A stretch of DNA of 63,743 nucleotides, filler included, from Lama guanicoe (lineage: Eukaryota), in the NCBI GenBank assembly GCA_013239625.1. It is 202 parts of 202 records of this genome, joined end to end, with 100 filler letters (N's around TTAATTAATTAA, not from the genome) between each part and the next. Parts side by side here need not be neighbours in the genome. Positions count along the whole stretch, not along the records: positions 48,662 to 48,877 come from PNXV01038834.1; positions 48,978 to 49,193 come from PNXV01038835.1; positions 49,294 to 49,509 come from PNXV01038836.1; positions 49,610 to 49,825 come from PNXV01038837.1; positions 49,926 to 50,141 come from PNXV01038838.1; positions 50,242 to 50,457 come from PNXV01038839.1; positions 50,558 to 50,773 come from PNXV01038840.1; positions 50,874 to 51,089 come from PNXV01038841.1; 194 more parts are not named here. One strand, given 5' to 3'. This document shows positions 48,562-61,103 of the stretch, piece after piece. Under the pieces are notes generated by a model, which saw nothing but the letters and a program-made list of their open reading frames with translations, was not told the origin of the DNA and made no database searches. Position 1 is the stretch's first letter; each line of letters begins with the position of its first letter. Made by a program: the position numbers and the translations under genes.

Positions 48562-50958
48562 NNNNNNNNNNNNNNNNNNNNNNNNNNNNNNNNNNNNNNN
48601 NNNNNTTAATTAATTAANNNNNNNNNNNNNNNNNNNNNNNNNNNNNNNNNNNNNNNNNNNNGAGACGCTCAGCAGGGAAGAATGCAATGCAGGTGACCCC
48701 AGGACCGTGGCAGCCGCTCCTGCCCAAAGCGGACGCAGCTCCAGAGCAAGACTCACAACGGGGGACTAGACGGCGGCCACCGGATGCCCGGCTGGACGCC
48801 CTCTGAGGCCGGAGCCCGGCTCCCACCGGCCGGCCTCGGCTGCCCATCACCCGGAGAGCGCCGGGCACCAGCCCGAGNNNNNNNNNNNNNNNNNNNNNNN
48901 NNNNNNNNNNNNNNNNNNNNNTTAATTAATTAANNNNNNNNNNNNNNNNNNNNNNNNNNNNNNNNNNNNNNNNNNNNGGCATCTATCATGTCACATAACA
49001 TTTCATTTACTGAATTCTTAAAATTGCTACTTTACTCAGCGGTGAAGCGATGTGGTATCAGGTATTTGCTACAGTCTTGTCAACAGTTAACAGTAAGGTA
49101 AAATAAGAAAGTGCATTTGGCACTAATTCATAGGAAAAAGCATTTATCACCTAAAACATGCTCTCAGAATCTATGAAAGTTAGTGATGATGATNNNNNNN
49201 NNNNNNNNNNNNNNNNNNNNNNNNNNNNNNNNNNNNNTTAATTAATTAANNNNNNNNNNNNNNNNNNNNNNNNNNNNNNNNNNNNNNNNNNNNTGGCTTA
49301 CGGAATCTATGGCTCGTGTCCCGATTACGCTCCCTGTTCACCAAGTGTTCACTGGGCCCCTGCTCCATGTCTTACTCTCCAGCCGAGGGTCATGGAGCCT
49401 CCCCAGTTACACCAGCGCTCCCCAGTAGGACAGCTACCAGCCACATATAGCTACTGAGCGTTTGAAAAGGGTCTAGTCCAAGCTGAGATGTTCTGTAAGT
49501 GTAAAGTACNNNNNNNNNNNNNNNNNNNNNNNNNNNNNNNNNNNNNNNNNNNNTTAATTAATTAANNNNNNNNNNNNNNNNNNNNNNNNNNNNNNNNNNN
49601 NNNNNNNNNGATTCTTATGTCTCACAAAGAGAATCTGTCCATGAATTACTGTTGAACCAGGGTGTTCTCAGGGGAGGAGGAGTCGGGGTTTCCTACTCCA
49701 TCTTGCTGACATGATTCCTCATGATTATTTATTTTTACCTCTGTGTTTTAGGGGCCACATGAAGGATAGCAAAAAAGGGAAGAAAACTTCTAAAATTATT
49801 TTGGACTTCATCCCCCCACCTTTACNNNNNNNNNNNNNNNNNNNNNNNNNNNNNNNNNNNNNNNNNNNNTTAATTAATTAANNNNNNNNNNNNNNNNNNN
49901 NNNNNNNNNNNNNNNNNNNNNNNNNTTGCTTTACATTATTAGCTCTCTGTACAGACTGTTCACAGCTGTAGCAATTTGGCTGCCAGGCTTACTTTTTTCT
50001 TCCCTACTTTGTTTTTCCTGGCGTTAATAATTGTCCTGGTGGTTCATGGCTCGGATTTCTGTGCACTTAACAATTCAACCCCAGACCTTCTGCTAATGAA
50101 TAACTTTCTCAATACTTTCCAATACATTGTCTACAAATTTCNNNNNNNNNNNNNNNNNNNNNNNNNNNNNNNNNNNNNNNNNNNNTTAATTAATTAANNN
50201 NNNNNNNNNNNNNNNNNNNNNNNNNNNNNNNNNNNNNNNNNTACAGTAAATATGTAATATAATTAAAAACAAAGAAGTCAAGAATAAAACTGCGTGAGTC
50301 AAGAGGCAAAGGGGAGATCATGGGATAATTCTATTCAAAACCAGGATTAAGGATGGTTTCTATAATTAAGTCAAATTATATCTCAATACCTTGGTGAGTA
50401 AGGCTAATAGAGCACCGCTCTCTTTACAGAGTTGGAGAGATTAATTAAAGGTGAAATNNNNNNNNNNNNNNNNNNNNNNNNNNNNNNNNNNNNNNNNNNN
50501 NTTAATTAATTAANNNNNNNNNNNNNNNNNNNNNNNNNNNNNNNNNNNNNNNNNNNNCAGAAACTTCCAAGTTGTGCTGGGAGCCTTTCCGTCTTAGAGC
50601 AGTTCTACTGCCAGCACTTTTTTTTTTAAAAAACATCATTCATTTTCCTCTGATCGGGGGATACGTGCTTAATAATTTTATTGAACCAGAGCAGCACTAG
50701 CTAATGCTCCCTTCTTTCCTGCCATCTGCACCCAACCAAAACAATCCTTGTTTCCAACCCCAAGGGTCAAATTNNNNNNNNNNNNNNNNNNNNNNNNNNN
50801 NNNNNNNNNNNNNNNNNTTAATTAATTAANNNNNNNNNNNNNNNNNNNNNNNNNNNNNNNNNNNNNNNNNNNNACTAACTCATAAGCTGTGGTGTTTCTG
50901 GTGTCTCACCTGGATGCCTGTGATGTGAAGGAAGTGGCAAGGAGAGTTTCCACTTTCA

Positions 50959-51089
50959 CTGTGAGACAGGAGAGGAGGGGGCAAGGTACAACCTTTAAAA
51001 GAATGACACAGACACTGAGGACTGGACAAATACTGGTTAGAACCAAGTAGTCCCAAGATGGCAGAAGATTTGACTTCCAGTAGACCATG
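50959..51089 (+). mobile_element. ERV1-type LTR 5' end
   Basis: Starts TG (tgtgagacagg) and contains cccaagatggcagaagatttgacttcc, typical of mammalian ERV1 LTRs. Confidence 0.5.
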
Positions 51090-53401
51090 NNNNNNNNNNN
51101 NNNNNNNNNNNNNNNNNNNNNNNNNNNNNNNNNTTAATTAATTAANNNNNNNNNNNNNNNNNNNNNNNNNNNNNNNNNNNNNNNNNNNNTTTTTCAAAAT
51201 ATATCTTTTTCACCTTCTGTTGTGAGGTTTCTTTTCCCCTCTCTAAGTGGCACGCAGACATTTGCTGATTTCTAATTTATTTGACTGGGATATGTGGCTG
51301 TGGACTGGCGAAAAACTGTCCATCAGCCTTCAGTTATCAAAAAGACTTCTTTTTTGACAGGTGAAGAAGCAGCTGTAGGGAACATAGAAGGATCGCTCAT
51401 GAAGGNNNNNNNNNNNNNNNNNNNNNNNNNNNNNNNNNNNNNNNNNNNNTTAATTAATTAANNNNNNNNNNNNNNNNNNNNNNNNNNNNNNNNNNNNNNN
51501 NNNNNCAGCCACAGTTCCCCAACGAATTCCAGTCGGAATAGGGAACTAAGGGCACAGACACCACCAACATTCTACACCAGAGTCATTCCTCTGATAACAG
51601 CAAATTAGCCCTGGGAAAGAACACAGATCAGCCTGAAAAATTCATGAAGATTCGAATCTGCTGCCTAATTAGCCACAGTGGTGGATACAGGAGGGAAAAA
51701 AAAAATAGCTCACAGCTAACCNNNNNNNNNNNNNNNNNNNNNNNNNNNNNNNNNNNNNNNNNNNNTTAATTAATTAANNNNNNNNNNNNNNNNNNNNNNN
51801 NNNNNNNNNNNNNNNNNNNNNATTCTGTCATTTTGTTCAGTGAGAGTCCTCTTTGGCCAAATCTGTCTAGTGAACAAATGCACAGTATGGATTCAGATGA
51901 GATCATCACTTAATTTGTAACTTCAAGAGCATTTAGAATTTAACTCCTAAATTGAACTTCCTTTATATAATTAATGCTTTCTTTGTCCCTTCTTTTATTC
52001 AGGATCACTTTCCTAGCAAGATGTGAGGCAGGTCTTTNNNNNNNNNNNNNNNNNNNNNNNNNNNNNNNNNNNNNNNNNNNNTTAATTAATTAANNNNNNN
52101 NNNNNNNNNNNNNNNNNNNNNNNNNNNNNNNNNNNNNGTGTCTAGGAAAAATTGTCCTCACAGAAATATCATGGAATTGCGTACAACCAAGAGACTAAAG
52201 TTTTCACTTAATCAAGCCCTGAAAGTCTACATTATATACCTGATAATACTTGACCAGTAGAGATACATAAGTATACTCAAAGAGAAAGAAAATACCATTT
52301 TCATTTCAAAAGAGTTTGAGGTTCCAGAAAATGCTTTAAAGAACTAGACTCCANNNNNNNNNNNNNNNNNNNNNNNNNNNNNNNNNNNNNNNNNNNNTTA
52401 ATTAATTAANNNNNNNNNNNNNNNNNNNNNNNNNNNNNNNNNNNNNNNNNNNNACCGAGGCACAGAGAGGTTAGGACGCTCGCTGGATGTCGCACAGCAC
52501 TGCCCACAGATTTGTATTCAATTGCCTGTGGAAGGCCCACAGGGCACAGCCAGGGAACGGCAGTGAGTGGAGGGGCTGGAGAGAGACAGCGGGGCTCTGG
52601 AGTCCGTGCACACGGGGCGCCCCCGCCCAGGAGGAAGGGACACTGACACGCAGCTGCCTGTGTCAGGCANNNNNNNNNNNNNNNNNNNNNNNNNNNNNNN
52701 NNNNNNNNNNNNNTTAATTAATTAANNNNNNNNNNNNNNNNNNNNNNNNNNNNNNNNNNNNNNNNNNNNTGTGCCCCAAATATTTCTCTTTATCTTAACC
52801 CTTTGTGTGTTGTTCTGTCTGCCTAAACTATCCTTTCTTCATTCTACACTTAGCAATCCATATGTATTCTCATCATCTCTTATCACCTCTGGTTTACAGC
52901 AATAGGGCTTTTCATTCAGCCTCCAGCCTTTCTCTGCCAGGCTGTACCCCACACTGTCAAGAAAGACCTTTTGCTCAAACCAGTANNNNNNNNNNNNNNN
53001 NNNNNNNNNNNNNNNNNNNNNNNNNNNNNTTAATTAATTAANNNNNNNNNNNNNNNNNNNNNNNNNNNNNNNNNNNNNNNNNNNNTAGGTTCTTTTGCCT
53101 AACCTGGAGATCTTTGAATTTCCATGGAAGGAGAGGAATGAATGAATGATCTGACTCACTGAGGAAGAGCACACCTTCTCTCTGACCGCTGCTGTTTCTC
53201 TCAGGCCTGCGGAAACTTGTGGACCGGCCCTTCCTCTGGGAAGCAGCTCCCGGCGTGAGTCCTCTGTTCTTCCCCAGCTCGTGTCTGGGTGCACGGACCC
53301 CNNNNNNNNNNNNNNNNNNNNNNNNNNNNNNNNNNNNNNNNNNNNTTAATTAATTAANNNNNNNNNNNNNNNNNNNNNNNNNNNNNNNNNNNNNNNNNNN
53401 N

Positions 53402-53617
53402 TGAACCTTGAGGACATTACATTGTGGGATATAAGGACAAATATTGTGGGATTCCACCTACATGAGGTGCCTAGAGTAGTCAAATTGTTAGAGGGAAAGT
53501 AGAATGGTGTTTGCCAGTGGCTGGTGGGAGGAAGCAATGGGGAGTTAATGTTTGCTGGGTACAGAGGTTCAGTCTGGGAAGATGAAGCAGTTCTGGAGGT
53601 GGATGTTGGTAATGGTT
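53402..53617 (+). mobile_element. LINE-1 3' UTR (L1MB-like)
   Basis: tgaaccttgaggacattac...tgaggtgcctagagtagtcaaatt...gggtacagaggttcagtctgggaagatgaagcagttctggaggtggatg. Confidence 0.85.
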
Positions 53618-53717
53618 NNNNNNNNNNNNNNNNNNNNNNNNNNNNNNNNNNNNNNNNNNNNTTAATTAATTAANNNNNNNNNNNNNNNNNNNNNNNNNNN
53701 NNNNNNNNNNNNNNNNN

Positions 53718-53933
53718 TTGCTACAGCCCTCCAGTTCTCTGTTTCACAAATTCCACTGGCCTTCAAAGTCAGACATTATAGGGGCTCATCTTCCAGTGTA
53801 GTACCCTTGGGCTGAGGATCCTGGTGTGGGGTCTGGGCCCCTCACTCCTCGGGGAGAACTTTTGCAATTGTGATCATCCTCCCGTTTGTACGTTGCCTAC
53901 CTGGAGATGTGGGCCATAAAATATACTGTGTCT
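53718..53933 (-). mobile_element. Probable LINE-1 5' UTR fragment
   Basis: ccactggccttcaaagtcagac...ggggctcatcttcc...cccctcactcctcggggagaac...ttgtgatcatcctcccgtttgt resembles an antisense laurasiatherian L1 5' end. Confidence 0.5.
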
Positions 53934-55613
53934 NNNNNNNNNNNNNNNNNNNNNNNNNNNNNNNNNNNNNNNNNNNNTTAATTAATTAANNNNNNNNNNN
54001 NNNNNNNNNNNNNNNNNNNNNNNNNNNNNNNNNAGCCCTGGAACCAGGAGCAGGGGAGGAAGAGGAGCTGCTTGGGGTTGGGGGTGGACAGCTGCTGTCA
54101 CACACACCTCCAAGGCAAGTGGCAGCCACTGCAGGGAGAATGGGCTGACCCTATCAGAGCTGGAGAGAGCTTGGACTGTATCCCAATTGTTACCGAAGGC
54201 AAGTTCAAGTGCCCAACACACCATGAGTCCAAACAAACTGGAACATGAGNNNNNNNNNNNNNNNNNNNNNNNNNNNNNNNNNNNNNNNNNNNNTTAATTA
54301 ATTAANNNNNNNNNNNNNNNNNNNNNNNNNNNNNNNNNNNNNNNNNNNNTGTCCATGAAAATATTTTATGATATGTCAAAGTGTTATGCTTATGATAGGC
54401 TTGAGAAAACTATTAATGTATAAAATGATTTGCAATATACAAACAATGCAACGTTCTGAAGGAATTATGTCTATTGGCAGAAGCACTTTTCTTATTTTAT
54501 TTTTTATTCAATTTTGAGAGTTGGAGTCTTTTGATTGTAGGTGACAAAATCAATCTCCAGTGTGTNNNNNNNNNNNNNNNNNNNNNNNNNNNNNNNNNNN
54601 NNNNNNNNNTTAATTAATTAANNNNNNNNNNNNNNNNNNNNNNNNNNNNNNNNNNNNNNNNNNNNTAATTTTCACACCCCTCTCGGGCAACTGATTCCTT
54701 GTTTTAACGCCCTCCGAGGAGGCCTTCCAGGCCGATGTTCCATTTCCATTTTTCCGTAATTGATTATGTGATATTTCACGTTATCTTGAAACTGGCAAGT
54801 GCAGGTACGGTGCGTGGGGTGACAGGTTTTACGCAGCTCTGTGAATATAAGGACAGGGCACATCTGATGCCCGCCTTGTTCNNNNNNNNNNNNNNNNNNN
54901 NNNNNNNNNNNNNNNNNNNNNNNNNTTAATTAATTAANNNNNNNNNNNNNNNNNNNNNNNNNNNNNNNNNNNNNNNNNNNNATCCATACTGGCCATTTAG
55001 TTTTACCTTAGATGCCTGAACAAATAGTTACTCCGTTCAGATTTTTAAATGTATTTTTTGCTCCTTAATGTTGTTCTAGTGTTTTTCTAGATATGGGGAG
55101 ATTCAAGAATTTAGGCTCATAAAATCTTCTTCTGAAAATAACTAACCATCTGAAGACCTGTTCTTGCCAGTTTTCCCCAGAACACCTAGTGCTTTATNNN
55201 NNNNNNNNNNNNNNNNNNNNNNNNNNNNNNNNNNNNNNNNNTTAATTAATTAANNNNNNNNNNNNNNNNNNNNNNNNNNNNNNNNNNNNNNNNNNNNTCA
55301 CCTAGATGCTAAGAAGGAGGGTGGGGGGCAAGGCTCTGGAGGACAGATGCAGAGGAGAACGGGACGGATTCTGCTTGATTTCTGTCATGAGTGTGGCTTC
55401 AGCAACTGAGGGAACTGTCACCTGTACTTTATTGAAAGCCTAGATGTCCCCCCCATCCTGAAGTCTGAGCAGAGAGATGTGCCAGTTTCACAGACGCAGT
55501 GGAAAGAAAGGGANNNNNNNNNNNNNNNNNNNNNNNNNNNNNNNNNNNNNNNNNNNNTTAATTAATTAANNNNNNNNNNNNNNNNNNNNNNNNNNNNNNN
55601 NNNNNNNNNNNNN

Positions 55614-55829
55614 CATCCACATATAGTGACAATTTTACCTCTTCTCTTTCAATTTGGATCCCCTTTATTTCTTTTTCTTGCCTAACTCCAAAACTATGTT
55701 GAATAGAAGTGATGAGAGTGAGCATCCTTGTCTTGTTCCCGATTTTAGTGAGGTTTTCAGGTTTTCACCGTTCAGTATTATGGCTGTGGGTTTGTCATAA
55801 ATAGCTTTTATTATGTTGAGGTATGTTCC
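55614..55829 (-). mobile_element. LINE-1 ORF2 RT fragment
   Basis: Antisense of the [17 protein letters not shown]...KEIKGIQI and [10 protein letters not shown] motifs. Confidence 0.93.
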
Positions 55830-56245
55830 NNNNNNNNNNNNNNNNNNNNNNNNNNNNNNNNNNNNNNNNNNNNTTAATTAATTAANNNNNNNNNNNNNNN
55901 NNNNNNNNNNNNNNNNNNNNNNNNNNNNNTTTATTCTTTAGACTTAAACAGTACAACTGACTTCCAACCTACAGCTTTTCGTGTAACTGGAGAAAGAATA
56001 ATAAAGCTTATACTGACGTCACTCACCAGTGCACTGCCAGACTCATAGCTTGTCCTGGTCACACTCTGACCTCCTCTAATAAGTGTCTGTCCAGAAAAAT
56101 CAAGCCCACACAAGTGTGGGTCTGATTCTACAGGGCCAGCACGCCNNNNNNNNNNNNNNNNNNNNNNNNNNNNNNNNNNNNNNNNNNNNTTAATTAATTA
56201 ANNNNNNNNNNNNNNNNNNNNNNNNNNNNNNNNNNNNNNNNNNNN

Positions 56246-56380
56246 GCCAAGCCCTTCACATATGTTAACTCATTTTGTCCTCACTAAATCTTGCGCGGTA
56301 AATGTTATTATTCTCATTTGAAGAAGAGGACATTGAAGTGTAAGAAAGTTGAGTAGCTTGTTCAAGCACACAGATGGCAG
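56246..56380 (-). mobile_element. MIR SINE (degenerate)
   Basis: ttcacatatgttaactcattttgtcctcac...ttattattctcattt..gaggacattgaag..gaaagttgagtagcttgttcaagcacacag. Confidence 0.6.
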
Positions 56381-57544
56381 GTGGAGGAGTCTGTCTGGTC
56401 GCAGAGGCAGGCTTGTGCCAAGGTTCCCACAGCATCCCACTTTCTGGCTCCAGTTTCTTCCNNNNNNNNNNNNNNNNNNNNNNNNNNNNNNNNNNNNNNN
56501 NNNNNTTAATTAATTAANNNNNNNNNNNNNNNNNNNNNNNNNNNNNNNNNNNNNNNNNNNNCCACGGACTGATTGGTTCTGATGCTGGGGGTGCTACCTG
56601 CTGTCCCTCTCACTTAGGTCTGTCTCCCTAGCTGAGATCAGTGAATTTGCGCGGGCCATTACAGGTGGAAATTCCATCCATGCCACTGATCCTTCTGCGA
56701 CAGAGAAGCCAGAAGGATGCAATTCCACTTAAAGTAACATAGAGGCAGATGTATTAACATCACTTCCTGCAGACAGCNNNNNNNNNNNNNNNNNNNNNNN
56801 NNNNNNNNNNNNNNNNNNNNNTTAATTAATTAANNNNNNNNNNNNNNNNNNNNNNNNNNNNNNNNNNNNNNNNNNNNGGTGCCTCCCGCAAAGCTATGGA
56901 GTCGATTCCCCACTCTTTCGTCTGGGGCAGGCTTGCGTGTGACCTGCTTCAGTGCTGTGACCAGTCCGGAGGCTGGCCTCCAGAGCCCTGCCCCTCCAGC
57001 CACGCTGGAGGTGGGCCAGGCTAGCTGGCTGGAGTCCAGCTGTGCTGGTGGAGGCCTCCCCAGACCAGCCTCGGCCAGCTGGACCCCCAACACNNNNNNN
57101 NNNNNNNNNNNNNNNNNNNNNNNNNNNNNNNNNNNNNTTAATTAATTAANNNNNNNNNNNNNNNNNNNNNNNNNNNNNNNNNNNNNNNNNNNNTCACAAC
57201 CTGGCTCCCAAGCGGGGTTGGAGCATTCACTTGCATCAGGCTGGGGCACACGTGGAGGCATTCACGGGAAACCAGCCAGCCACCTATGCAGTTTTCAGTC
57301 CACCCTCTCGGTCCTACTTTGTGAGCAAGCAAACATGCACACGTTCCTTGTAAGCAAAGTCCAGGCTTCCCACAGCCCTGCTGTTATTCCCAGCCAAGGG
57401 GACTTGCCTNNNNNNNNNNNNNNNNNNNNNNNNNNNNNNNNNNNNNNNNNNNNTTAATTAATTAANNNNNNNNNNNNNNNNNNNNNNNNNNNNNNNNNNN
57501 NNNNNNNNNAAGTTTACTCAAAGCACCAACTGAAATTATGCTTG

Positions 57545-57705
57545 TATGATATATATATATATATATATATATGTGTATATATATATATGTATGTATATAT
57601 ATATTTTTTGGTAAGTAAGTTTACAAACTACTACGTATATATAATATATGTCTGTCTCTCTCTGTCTCTCTCTCTGTATGTATATGTATGTGTGTATACA
57701 TATAC
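57545..57705. repeat. Compound (TA)n/(TC)n/(TATG)n microsatellite
   Basis: Direct inspection of imperfect TA, TC and TATG runs. Confidence 0.9.
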
Positions 57706-59408
57706 TTTTTCCTGTCGAAGATATTNNNNNNNNNNNNNNNNNNNNNNNNNNNNNNNNNNNNNNNNNNNNTTAATTAATTAANNNNNNNNNNNNNNNNNNN
57801 NNNNNNNNNNNNNNNNNNNNNNNNNGTCTCTTAAGATATACAAGGGAGGTTTGGGGAGTGGTAAAATGTTGGTGGGCTTTGTATTATTTTCAGAGCCATA
57901 CTCTGATCCTGTAAAGACTAGATTTGCAAAATGAAGACAGGCTTTTTTTTTCATTGATGTATATATAGTCAGTTACAATGTGTCAGTTTCTCGTGTACAG
58001 CACAGTGTTCCAGTCATGCATGTATATACATAGAAATTCATNNNNNNNNNNNNNNNNNNNNNNNNNNNNNNNNNNNNNNNNNNNNTTAATTAATTAANNN
58101 NNNNNNNNNNNNNNNNNNNNNNNNNNNNNNNNNNNNNNNNNGTTAATTTCTTAAATTTTTCTGATTTTCTTAATATAATTCCAGGGAGAACTGGTTGTCT
58201 CAGTTCATTCTTTTTCACTAGTACACATCATATTCAGTTGGCTATCTTACTGAGTAACTACACTTGGCTCAGATGGCAAACTCTGATTCAATAAACAGTA
58301 TTCAACTGAAATGATCTGAGTAATCGTTGTAGAGTTGTGCCTTAAGCTGTGGGCAGCNNNNNNNNNNNNNNNNNNNNNNNNNNNNNNNNNNNNNNNNNNN
58401 NTTAATTAATTAANNNNNNNNNNNNNNNNNNNNNNNNNNNNNNNNNNNNNNNNNNNNGAGATGCCACGCACCTCTTTTCCTGTTGGGACTTGAAACTGAT
58501 GTTCTTCCCTGTTGATTCTTCTCTGGGTGTCTGAAATTGCCGGGGCTTGAGTGAGATTGGCGAGAGCTCCCCCTTCCGGCCTTCCCACTCCATTTTAGTG
58601 AGGTTCCCTTTTCTTAATTTTCACTGGGGTTATGGCTTCAACATATGAGTTTGGGAAACATATCAGTCCATAACNNNNNNNNNNNNNNNNNNNNNNNNNN
58701 NNNNNNNNNNNNNNNNNNTTAATTAATTAANNNNNNNNNNNNNNNNNNNNNNNNNNNNNNNNNNNNNNNNNNNNCCACCCATCCTTCCACGTCAAGGTGT
58801 GATCCCAGCTCCGCAGCAGCTCAGCCCCAGAGAGGAGGACAGGGACGCGGAAGGTGGGGCCTCAGACAGCGCAGTATTCAGGGCTGGCAGAGGGAAGCGC
58901 CGACCTGGAGGCCAAGGCCTTACGCATGGAGCCAAAAATGGGCAGTTGAGAAAGGAGTGAAGAGCTGTAAGAGGGTAACGGGGCTCCCAACNNNNNNNNN
59001 NNNNNNNNNNNNNNNNNNNNNNNNNNNNNNNNNNNTTAATTAATTAANNNNNNNNNNNNNNNNNNNNNNNNNNNNNNNNNNNNNNNNNNNNAGGTAGGGC
59101 TTCCCCCTTCCCCACTCTCTCAGCCTTTGTGTCTCTTCCCCCTCTCCCCTTCTTCCCCTCCATTCTTCTCTAACACACCCTTGAATGGATGATACTGACT
59201 TGCAGCTGTTAACTTAGTTCTTTTTTATAAACCCAGTACTTTATTTCAAAGTAGAAATGTTAGGCTTACTGGACAAAATCCCACTACAATTGACACTTAT
59301 ACAGACACNNNNNNNNNNNNNNNNNNNNNNNNNNNNNNNNNNNNNNNNNNNNTTAATTAATTAANNNNNNNNNNNNNNNNNNNNNNNNNNNNNNNNNNNN
59401 NNNNNNNN

Positions 59409-59624
59409 TTTCCATTGCATCAAACACAACAAAACACCTAGAAATAAGCTTAGAAATAAATAACCAAGGAGGTTACTATACTCTGAAAACTGATGAAGGA
59501 AACTGAAGATGATACAAAGAAACAGAAAGATATCTTCTGCTCTTGGACTGGAAGCATCATTATCAAAATGGTCATCTACCCAAAGCAAACTACACATCCA
59601 ATGCAACCTCTGTCAAAACACTTA
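59409..59624 (+). mobile_element. LINE-1 ORF2 fragment (degenerate)
   Basis: aaaacacctagaaataagctt...ctatactctgaaaac...aagatatcttctgctcttggactggaag...caaaatggtcatctacccaaagca. Confidence 0.85.
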
Positions 59625-59724
59625 NNNNNNNNNNNNNNNNNNNNNNNNNNNNNNNNNNNNNNNNNNNNTTAATTAATTAANNNNNNNNNNNNNNNNNNNN
59701 NNNNNNNNNNNNNNNNNNNNNNNN

Positions 59725-59941
59725 GATCCCTTGTAGCTAACTCTTTGTTTTCCTCTTGCTGCCTTTGAATCCTGTCTTTAGCTTTGACTTTTGCCATTTA
59801 AATTTTAATATGCCTTATTTCTCTTTGGGTTCATCTTGCTTGAGACCTTCTCCACTTCCTGTGCCTGGATATCTGTTTCCTTCTACAGTGTGAGAAAGTT
59901 TTCAGTCATAATTCTTTCAAATACGTTTTGACCCCCTTTTC
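59725..59941 (-). mobile_element. LINE-1 ORF1 fragment
   Basis: gaaagttttcagtcataattctttcaaatac is the antisense of a FE.IM.ENF motif; tcctgtgcctggatatc is the antisense of an IQ.QE motif. Confidence 0.75.
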
Positions 59942-60991
59942 NNNNNNNNNNNNNNNNNNNNNNNNNNNNNNNNNNNNNNNNNNNNTTAATTAATTAANNN
60001 NNNNNNNNNNNNNNNNNNNNNNNNNNNNNNNNNNNNNNNNNGGCAGAAAGACTTCCCTCAGGAATTTTTACTGAGGATTCCTAGAATGTCAAAAGGTGGG
60101 CCTTGGATAACTGTTAACTGCTCTTTCACTGCACACCTCCAGGGGGTGCCCTTCACATTGTGTCTGTCTCAATAGAAACTTATAGAGATGTGTGGTGTGT
60201 AGCCAGGGAGGCTATGAATTAACCTCCTTTTGCGTTTTTTTTTTTTTTCCCCAAAAAANNNNNNNNNNNNNNNNNNNNNNNNNNNNNNNNNNNNNNNNNN
60301 NNTTAATTAATTAANNNNNNNNNNNNNNNNNNNNNNNNNNNNNNNNNNNNNNNNNNNNGTAAATTAAAAAACTACTCCCAGAGTAGGAAACTTGTCAAAG
60401 CTATTAGGTTATTGGCATAAGCCTTTCAAGACTGTTAAAACTATTATCCAGATAACAAGCATCTGTGTATGGTCAGCTTCTTTGTTCATGTCTAGTGATA
60501 CATAATTCAGAAAAAAAATACACAATTACTCTTAAAGTTGCTAAAGGGGTAAAGATGATAAGCTTTGGCAAAAANNNNNNNNNNNNNNNNNNNNNNNNNN
60601 NNNNNNNNNNNNNNNNNNTTAATTAATTAANNNNNNNNNNNNNNNNNNNNNNNNNNNNNNNNNNNNNNNNNNNNGAGATGTTTATGGGCTTCAGCTCCAG
60701 GACCACAAAGCAGGGGAAATACACGGTAGGTTGGGGACCAAGAGGCAACAAATTGATAAGGAGCACAGTCCACACTTCAGCCACTCAGCTGCCACGCAAC
60801 ACACTTGAACTTTCACATAATAACACAACTGTGCCTTCTCACCCATTGAGACAAAGCTCCACTTACAACTGCACAATTTCTCACCCTTCCCNNNNNNNNN
60901 NNNNNNNNNNNNNNNNNNNNNNNNNNNNNNNNNNNTTAATTAATTAANNNNNNNNNNNNNNNNNNNNNNNNNNNNNNNNNNNNNNNNNNNN

Positions 60992-61103
60992 CCCCCTCCC
61001 GCTCAGCCTCCATCTGCTGAACATCCATCAGGCCCCGGGAGTCTCTCGGGTCCTGAAGGTCTTCCGCAGCCTTGCGGAGCTCACTCATCTCAACGGGAGG
61101 CAC
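60992..61103 (-). CDS. MAGEA: MAGE-A family gene, start of the coding exon (N-terminal fragment)
   Basis: Minus strand: ctctctcccccAG acceptor (exon starts 61166), a MAGE-type leader gcccgtgggtcccc...actcatc, then GTG CCT CCC GTT GAG ATG..., giving (V)PPVEMSELRKAAEDLQDPRDSRGLMDVQQMEAEREG. In-frame ATG at 61088. Confidence 0.72.

Noticed and set aside
54731..54810. Signal-peptide-like exon MFHFHFSVIDYVIFHVILKLASAG
   Set aside because: Plausible splice sites, but no recognisable family and easily obtained by chance.
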